Of a stretch of 64,000 nt of DNA, positions 1 to 64,000 are shown piece after piece. The position numbers and the translations under genes were made by a program. The stretch comes from the human T2T-CHM13v2.0 reference genome, Homo sapiens: the NCBI RefSeq assembly GCF_009914755.1, contig NC_060943.1. The stretch is one strand, 5' to 3'. Every line of letters begins with the position of its first letter. Position 1 is the stretch's first letter. The notes under the pieces are model-generated. The model made no database searches, was not told the origin of the DNA, and worked only from the letters and a program-made list of their open reading frames with translations.

Positions 1-137
1 GTGGCCAAGAGACCCTGATGCCCCTGAGGGGTCATCTAAAGAGGGTGTTGAAGGATGCATAGGAGTTTGCCAGGAGAAAATCTATTCATTCATTTAACAA
101 ACTCACTCGTAGTCATTATTCATTAAATAACATTTAA

Positions 138-603
<466 letters not shown>

Positions 604-609
604 TGCTTT

Positions 610-1775
<1,166 letters not shown>

Positions 1776-2012
1776 TGTATGAGAAAAACAAGTTTTCCCT
1801 GGCATCCTGTATTTTTATTTGCTCAATCTGGCCACCATAACTTGATGCAATTCTACAGTACCTCATGGACAGTCAGGCCCAGTGACCCTTCCTAGGGTCC
1901 CCTCGAGCCTGAAAGCATACTCCAGTGTCCACACTGTACAGTGGGGCAGCCGAAGACAACTGCGGCTGCAGAGAAAGTGCGAGTCCCAGGGAAAGAAAAA
2001 ATGCAGGTGCTA

Positions 2013-3570
<1,558 letters not shown>

Positions 3571-3689
3571 AATGCGCTGGGCATATTGATTAACCTATCT
3601 TAGCCTCAGTTTCTTCATCTGCAAAATGGGGCTGAACGATGCTGCCTTACTTCTGAGAGGATTCATGCAAAATATTTACTTCTGCGCTC

Positions 3690-3865
3690 TGCTGGAGGGG
3701 CGGGGCCAGCTCGCCCAGTGGGGGCGGGGCCCTGTGGTCGGGCTCCCCGGGAGGGGCGGGGCCAGGCCGTGTCAGCTGACCGGCCTGGCCAATGGCACCT
3801 GGCGGCGGGGCCTGGCAGGCCGGGGCGGGGCCGGGGGCGGGCCTGGCGGCGCGGACTCCCGGGCC
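3690..3865 (+). promoter_or_regulatory. MAST3: MAST3 promoter 1a: CpG island with multiple GC boxes (GGGGCGGGG) and CCAAT at 3789
   Basis: Dense CpG, at least 5 Sp1-type boxes, no TATA, directly 5' of a Kozak gccATGG. Confidence 0.85.
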
Positions 3866-55825
<51,960 letters not shown>

Positions 55826-56048
55826 TCCCCTGCCAGGTCTCTCCCTGGCATCAAAGTTACGCGTTTTCTTGTGCAATGTTTTTTCCGTAAAGTCATGCCT
55901 GGATGGGGACTGAGCCACCAGCCTGACACCCAGAAGGCGAGAAGCCATCTCGGTCCTTGCTGGAAGGTGGAGACATCGCTTGTGTTCTGGTGTCAATCAG
56001 GGGGCTGGATGGGGCAAGAATGGGGGACAAGGGTGGCTTTGTAAATAG

Positions 56049-56385
<337 letters not shown>

Positions 56386-57765
56386 TAATTTATTACTTTT
56401 TATAAGCGATAGCCGTACTGAGCCGCCCCCTGAAGGCGGCTGCCAGGTCTTGCCCCAGGCACCTGGGACTCTGTTTGCAGGCCCTGCCCTCTGGGCTGAG
56501 AAGGATGCACTTTGGACAAGTCATCTGTGTTTGTGTTTTCCAGTTTTTCTGTACTTTTTAAGTGTTTTGTGTTACCTGGTCTCATTCCCCTCCCCACACC
56601 TACCCATTTGAGGGGATGGAGTTGAAGTCACCTGGTCACCTGTACCGGCCCAGTTCGGCTACAACCTGGAGTGTCCGTAAACAATTCCTCTCACCCACAA
56701 AACAATGTAATCCCAGCGATGGACTGGATTCTGAAGGCCACTTCCCACCATCATAGCTGCCATGCCCAGGCAGTGCCTGCTCTATATATAGAGTCTGCCT
56801 CCAATCCTGCTGGCTTCAGCCTGGAGAAGGGATATGGGAGCTGGAGCTTTGATGGATGAATAGGTGTTCACCGGATCTGGGCAGAGGGGTCATCCGCTCC
56901 CCAGGTGGGCACTGATAAAGGAAGGTACAGGCCTCACCTGGAACTGCCAAGGCAGCCTCCAGAAATGCTCGGCTGTCTCGGGGCACGCTCCAGTATGCCA
57001 GTCCTGCGGGATTACGTCCAGCTACTTCCAGAAACACTCAGTGTCCCCTCCCCTCAGGCTCTGCCTTGGCCTGGCCTTGTCCAGTCTACCCTGGACAAGA
57101 TGCCGTGTGTTTGAGGCCCAGCAGAGTAAGCCCTTGGCCGTGATGTGTCTGAAACACCTGTTAGGGGTTCCCTCCATATGTCAGAGCCTCTCTGGGATGA
57201 AGTTCAAGCCAGAAAACCCAGTCGAGGCTCAAGTTTGAATTTCAGCTTCACTGTGTGGCTCTGGGAAAATGGCTTTCCCACTCTGTGCCTCAGTTTCCTT
57301 GTGTTTACAAGACTAATCCCATTGACTGTTTATTAAGCACCTACTGTGTGCCAAGCGCTTTTACGTGGCTTCTCCCTCAGCCAGCCTTGAGAAGGCTGGA
57401 GGTGGTGTCATCACCTCCATTTTACAGACAAAGCAGCTGAGACCCCAGCGAGGGGCGGAGACCTGTCCCACGATCACCCAGCAGGAGTCGTGGCAGAACG
57501 GAGCATCAGCCAGACCCTGTTGTGGGCGTTGTCATCAAGGGAGCTTGAATGGAGGGTCTGGTGTCAGATACAGCCGACTCCAGCCCCAGCTCATCCCCCA
57601 TGATGCTGTGTGACCCACTGGGCACTCTGGTGAGGGAGCTTTCCAGACATCAACAGCCCACTCTGCTTCCCTTTCTGAGTCCCCTGTCCAGCACTGCCTA
57701 GTGTTGGAGGGTAGACCAAGGCTGTGCATGATTCACCCCCTCCTTCCATCCTGGAGCTGGCAGTG

Positions 57766-57771
57766 AATAAA
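57766..57771 (+). terminator. MAST3: MAST3 polyadenylation signal AATAAA
   Basis: AATAAA followed by CA/A-rich cleavage candidates and a GU-rich stretch (gtctggatttgtg). Confidence 0.85.
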
Positions 57772-58039
57772 AGCCCGTATTTACAAAGATGAGCTCCAAC
57801 GTCTGGATTTGTGAGGGGCTGAGAAAGGAGGAAGGGAAGAGTGGGGAGGGGAGCGGAGTGAAATAGACCCATGGCTCAAAGTCATTGCAAGTGGGTTTTG
57901 AGGACTGCATAGCAGTTCGCTGTTGAGATTCTTCCTGATGCCATCGCTGGTACCAGCCTCCTGCTACCCTCTCCCTGCGAGTACTCCATCATAGCCCTGC
58001 CTTTAAAAGCTTCCTCCAGACATCTGGGCCCTGAGCTAT

Positions 58040-58473
<434 letters not shown>

Positions 58474-58479
58474 CAATCG

Positions 58480-59260
58480 TCGCGTCCTTTCTATCCTGGT
58501 CTTAGCTTGCGCTCTGCCATAAAACTCCCTCTAGCCGAACCCGGCCCAGCCCTAGAGCAATCCGTTACTTCCGGGGCGCTCAGCCGGCATGCAAACACTC
58601 TTGGCTACAGCCCCATCTCCGAGTGCGTTCGGCTATTTCCGGAAACCGTCGGCATCTAGGCTCAAGTCCGCTAAATTCTAGTGCCCGTAGGGGTCGAGAT
58701 CGTTGGCTGTTTCCGGACGCTCTGGGTTGCCATGGAAACTCCTTCAACCCTGGCTTTCTCCGACTTCTGCTTTTTGCGGCAGGCCCTTTCCCCACTCTAC
58801 TGCCCCCTGTTTGCTGAGCTTGAGAACGCCTCATTTGTCCCCTGGAACCATCTATGCTTCAGTAATTCCCATAAGCTGGCGGTCGCCTCTGGGTCTAAAC
58901 TCCCAAGGCCTCCATTGGGCACTGAGCACATTCGGTTATTTCCAGAAACGCTCCGCGGTCTTGGGGATCAGCCTCAGTTGTGCCAGTGCGGCCGTAGAGA
59001 GTGTTCGGCCATTTCCGAAAGCGCTCGGGCGTCTCTAAGCCCAGCCGAGCCCAGTCTCGGATCCCTCGCCGACCCGATTGCACTCGGCTACCTCTGGAAA
59101 CGCTCGGCTGTCTCGGGGGCACCCTCTAGTCCACCAGTCCCGCGGGATTACGTTCGGCTATTTCCGGAAACACTCGGGTGCCCCCTTACCTCAGGCTCCG
59201 CCTCGGCCTCGGTTCATCCGCCCGGCTCGAATGCGCTCGGGCATTTCCGCCGGGGGCGGG
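58480..59260 (+). promoter_or_regulatory. PIK3R2: PIK3R2 CpG-island promoter with ETS/STAT-like TTCCGGAA repeats and an RFX X-box (GTTGCCATGGAAAC, 58726-58739)
   Basis: CpG-dense; motifs read directly; GC box at about 59252. Confidence 0.8.
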
Positions 59261-59394
59261 CCAGGCCGCTCGGAACCGTGGCGGCGGCGGAGGCGGGGAT
59301 CCCGCGGCTGCGGCGACGGTGGCCGCGGTGGAGCCACGGGGCGGGCTTGGCTTGGTGTGACGGCGGCTGCGGCGGCGGTGGCGGCCGCGACCAG
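59260..59394 (+). other. PIK3R2: PIK3R2 non-coding exon 1 (start approximate)
   Basis: GGC-rich leader ending CAG|gtgagt. Confidence 0.8.
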
Positions 59395-60894
59395 GTGAGT
59401 CCTGACTGGCCCTCGTGGCGGGGGCGGCTGGGAGTGTGCTTAAATGCGGGGCGCCCGGGGGCAGTGCCGGGCCCCGGTGGAAGCCAGAACGCAAGCGCCA
59501 GGCTGCGTCGGGCCCCGCGGGAACTGGGGGGGCCGCAGGCAAGGGGGGGCCTCGGGCTCGGCTCCGCAGCGGTGCAGCCTCCTTGGGACGGTCGGGGCAG
59601 AATGGGGAGAGACTCCCCGCGTCCAAGATACCGGACTGGAGCCGAGGCCCCAAATGAAGGGAGGCCCTGCCTGGAATGGGGCTTCGAATAGTACCGAGGG
59701 GCGCCCAGGCATTGTGCGGGGCAGAATGGGGTGCGGGAGGGCCGGGGGTCGAACCCACTTCCGGTCCCCTAGCCGGGTGGCCGGGTTCACGCAGACCCAA
59801 GTGCGCGTCTGTGTGAGCGCTCAGGCCCTGCCTTCACCCGCGGAGCCCCCAGCCCTGCCTGCCCCGCCCCTCCCGCCTCCCGGATTCGGGGAGCGCTGCT
59901 CCCGGGGCGCGCACACCGGGGCGTGGGGGCGGGCTGGCAGGCAGATCCAGGCGGTTTTCTGGGCATCCCCTCTCGGGGCCTCAGTTTCCCCACCTGTAGA
60001 ATGAGGGTAACAGAGGCCTAGGAATGGGTAAATTGGGCACCCGAGAATGTGGCGCCCCTCCGCCCTGCTCGGACACCTCTTGGGGTTCCCCGTGACTGAA
60101 GGATGCTCAGAGCCTCCACCTGACACTCGGGCCTCTTGGTGGATAGCACCTATCCTTATAGCCACCCTGAATCCTTGACAAGCAACTTAACCCACTGCCA
60201 AGGCTTTGCATGTGCCGTTCCGTCTGCCTATCGCGCCTTCCTATCCGCTGTGATGATCCATTCTCTAGAACAGCACGTCCATCCCCCGACCCTAGCCCTG
60301 TCCATCACAGGGCGTCTGAACCCGCAGGGCTAGGCTGGGAATGTGTGCCTATCTCCGCCTCCCCAGGCTGGGACTCCTGGGGAATAATCAATGCCCTGCT
60401 GCCGGCAGCCTCCCCTCCTCCTCAGCTGCAGTACCCCCACCTTCTCCTGGCTCCCTGTCCCTGCCTGGGGCTAAGGTTCCTTCTAAGCACCTCCCCATCT
60501 GCATTTTGTGCCTACTCTGGGCCCCAGGCTGGAGCTACCTGCCAGCCCACTCACTCCTCCTCTGCAGAGACTGGAGGTCCATTTGCTTGGACTCACCTCG
60601 AGGCCTTTGCTTGTGTAGAGGCCTCTTCCTGGACTTTGTTCCCTACCTCTTAGTTCAGCTGGCCTGACCCCTCTATGGAGCTCCCAAAGCACCCGGAGTG
60701 GCCTCCATTGCGTCCTCCCTGCCCTAGGTATCTGGCCACCTGGCTGCTGCCCCCTCATGTCCAACTGGGCCAAGTCGGCAGATCTAGGTGTAAGTCCTGG
60801 CTTCCTCCTGGCCTACTGCACGGCCCTAGATACCTCCCTGCTCTGAGCCTCAGTTTCCCCATCTGTAACAGGGGTGATGAAAAGCCTGTTTACT

Positions 60895-61316
<422 letters not shown>

Positions 61317-61556
61317 CTGATTTACTGAGCATGTAGTATACCTGGGGCAGGTTCTTGGGAACTCTACTCCCAGCAGCTCCAAGGGAAGGCTGTCAGTATA
61401 CCCATTTTACAGATAGAGAAGCTGAGGCCCTGAGAGGGACCGGCCCCAAGGTCACCCAGTGATTCAGGGAATTCCAAATCAGGATTTGGGCCCATCTCCG
61501 TGTTGGGGGTGAGAGGAGTTGGCCTGGCTAACGCTGCCCTATCCCTGTCTCCCTAG

Positions 61557-61979
61557 GTCGGCGTCCTCAGCTGGCCGAGCATGGTGGCAGCCTGCACCCT
61601 TGGCTCCCTTGTCTGGTGCAGCCAGCAGAGCCGCCAGCCTTGGGCGCCCATGGCCCTCCGTGTGAGGGCGTGAGCGGCCTGCCCCAGCCTCACCTGCTGA
61701 TGGAGGACTCAATGGCCCAGTGACCTGACACCACACCACCAACTCCCTCCCACCAGCTGACGAATGGTGGACCCAGTGACGAGTGGCCCTTGTAAGGGTC
61801 ATGGAATAATTTGAAGCGAGGCATGAGCGGCCCCTGTGGTCGCCTGTGACTGCTGGAGATAGAGGTCCCAGCACCCCAAGCCAACCCAGCGGACCCTCCC
61901 AGCCCTGCTTCAACCAATGGGGCCAGTGGGGCTCCAAGCAGCCACCTAACCATCCAGACCCCACCCCACTCACGCGGCC
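61557..61979 (+). other. PIK3R2: PIK3R2 exon 2 5'UTR portion with multiple uORFs
   Basis: Branch point ctaac and tccctgtctccctag| acceptor; 8 upstream ATGs. Confidence 0.8.
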
Positions 61980-62301
61980 ATGGCGGGCCCTGAGGGCTTC
62001 CAGTACCGCGCTCTGTACCCGTTCCGCCGGGAGCGGCCGGAGGACCTGGAGCTGCTGCCCGGCGACGTGCTGGTAGTGAGCCGGGCGGCCTTGCAGGCGC
62101 TGGGCGTGGCCGAGGGTGGCGAGCGCTGCCCACAGAGCGTGGGCTGGATGCCCGGCCTCAACGAGCGCACACGGCAGCGAGGTGACTTCCCTGGCACCTA
62201 TGTGGAGTTCCTGGGGCCCGTGGCCCTGGCCCGGCCCGGCCCTCGCCCACGGGGCCCCCGCCCACTGCCCGCCAGGCCCCGTGATGGGGCCCCTGAGCCA
62301 G
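61980..62301 (+). CDS. PIK3R2: PIK3R2 (PI3K p85-beta) first coding exon, SH3 domain plus Pro-rich linker; gene continues beyond the window
   Basis: [29 protein letters not shown]...GWMPG...[12 protein letters not shown]; G|gtgagc donor. Confidence 0.96.
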
Positions 62302-64000
62302 GTGAGCAGCAAGCAGGGGCCCTGGAAAGGGGGGTGGTCCCCTCAGACCCTTGGTCTCCTCTTCTGTCCAGTGAGGCAATGGGATCTCCAAGGAAGGAGG
62401 AAAAAGGACATTTGGTCATTTGACAAGTGTCTTCAGTGCTAGGCTCAGCAGTGGACACAAGGCCTGTTCCTGCCCTCATGAGCTTCTGGTTCAAGAAGGG
62501 ATGAGAGTGGGTTCAGGAGGTGACACATGCCATGAGGAAGGGGGCTTGCGTGGGAAGATGCGAGGGTGGAAGCTCAAGGCAGTGGGGGCAGCGAGGGCAG
62601 AGGCTGTGGAGTAGAACTCTAATGGCGGGAACGGCCAGCAGGAGGACCAGAGGGAGGAAGGGGAGGGCAATGTGCGCTGGCATGGAGGACTTAGTGGGAT
62701 TGATTTTGAGGACAATGGAGAGTGTTCAGTAGGATTCAGAGGCTCAGCCTAGCTTCATCCTGCCTTTTGCAGACAGGGTCCCTTGAAGAACCCCTTTGGA
62801 GACCCTGATTTCCAAAATGAAGCCACAAGGAGGGTGGGATGTGGGCTGCTCAGCTGAGGCCACACAGCACAGTGGGATATGAGGACCCCACATCCCTCTT
62901 CAAAGACCCTTGGCCATCACCACTTGCCAGGGGTGTGCCAGGTGTAGAGAATCGGGGGCACCGAGCCCACTCAGTGACTGCTGTTTGATGGGCAGGGAGT
63001 GTGGGCTCTGGCCGGGGAAACTGTGGCCCAGGTTGCAAGGAGGAGGCTAAGAGGTGCTGCATGCTCGGCATGGTCTGCTCCGACCCTCCCAGCAGCCCAG
63101 CAAAAGGCCCTGTGTGCAGACCGGGAGGCCTGAGTGCAAGGCCGTCAAATGCCGTACTTGAAACCAGTTGGTCACCCAGGGAGGCCAAAGCCCCGGGAGG
63201 TGCCAGGCCTGCTTTGTGCCAGGGTGACATTGCCCAAAGGCAAACCAGAGTCCCCCAGCGCAGGGCGGAATAGGGGGTGCTGAGGTGGTGCGACGCTGGC
63301 CCCAGCCTCCAGGCATCTGGTATCTCCAGGGCCCAGGCCTGCGTCCTGCCTCGGCCTGAAGGAGCAGGAGGTGGCCCCGTCTGGGCTCCCAGCCAGAATC
63401 TGCCTCTCCCCCTGGTAACAGCCACCTCCCTCCTCTGCCTGGCCTCTGTCCAGCCACCATACACGGCCCCACGTGGGGCGGCTGCCCAGCCCCACCCTCT
63501 GAATCTTCCAGGGTTATGTGACCTCGGCCAGAACCCGCCCCCTCGAGGCCTCAGTTTCCTCATCTGGAAACAACAGGGTTGGTCCCTGGGGATGCTGGGA
63601 CCCAACCCCTCGGAAATGTGCTGAAGTCACCTGAGCCCCACCTGGCTGTGCACCCACGGGGGAGGTTGCAGCCCCTCTGACCCACAATTCCTCACCTGCA
63701 AAGTCGGGGTGATGCAGTTCTGATGGGAACCCCCTCCCCATTCTGCAGATTGATCCCAGGCCACTCTCAGGGTTGAGTTTCCCAACCCACCGGCCAGAGT
63801 GTCACCCACCTCCACCTCCTCCTTGTCCTTTTCCTTTTTTTTTTTTTTTTTTTGGCGTTTTCGTTGCAGCTGGGCCTTTCTCCAGCTTGAGGCGCCACCT
63901 GGCCCATCACTCAGGGAGGCCCCGCAGGCCCCGGCTTGCCCCTGCTGTGTGCCAGGGCGTCCCCGCCGAGGGCCAGAGCAGCGTCCAATGGTGGCAGACA

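Noticed and set aside
58561-59260. CRISPR array interpretation of the repeat-spacer pattern
   Set aside because: Human CpG-island promoter, degenerate repeats, irregular spacer lengths, no cas genes
58681-59691. 336-aa ORF across the PIK3R2 promoter
   Set aside because: GC-island artefact with a GTG start, crossing the TSS and exon 1 donor; its repeated RLFPETL peptides only reflect the DNA array
61539-62312. 257-aa antisense ORF over PIK3R2 exon 2
   Set aside because: GC-rich antisense shadow of a real coding exon; no independent support

Overview
Human (primate) genomic DNA, GC- and Alu-rich, recognisable as the chr19p13 MAST3-PIK3R2 locus. The window holds the complete + strand MAST3 gene. 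I assembled 27 coding exons by hand from GT-AG junctions (ATG 3866 to TGA 55825, 3930 nt, 1309 aa; DUF1908, AGC kinase, PDZ; polyA signal 57766). It also holds the promoter, non-coding exon 1 and SH3-coding exon 2 of PIK3R2 (p85-beta). Beyond the basic model, the sequence shows three CpG-island first exons giving three MAST3 N-termini that all splice in phase to exon 3. One of these carries a MAPK-docking-like motif plus an SP cluster. Other observations: a 21-nt microexon with RBFOX/NOVA/SRRM4-type motifs, an in-frame retainable intron with tandem donors in the kinase activation loop, and a triple RFX-like repeat. A ~10-unit repeat-spacer array forms the PIK3R2 promoter, and a CpG-decayed copy of part of it lies in the MAST3 3'UTR. 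There is also a cryptic L2-derived ~39-bp tandem array, several short local duplications and a uORF-packed PIK3R2 5'UTR. Most ORFs in the supplied track are Alu or GC artefacts. Repeat coordinates are approximate, and paralog comparisons are from memory, not from searches.
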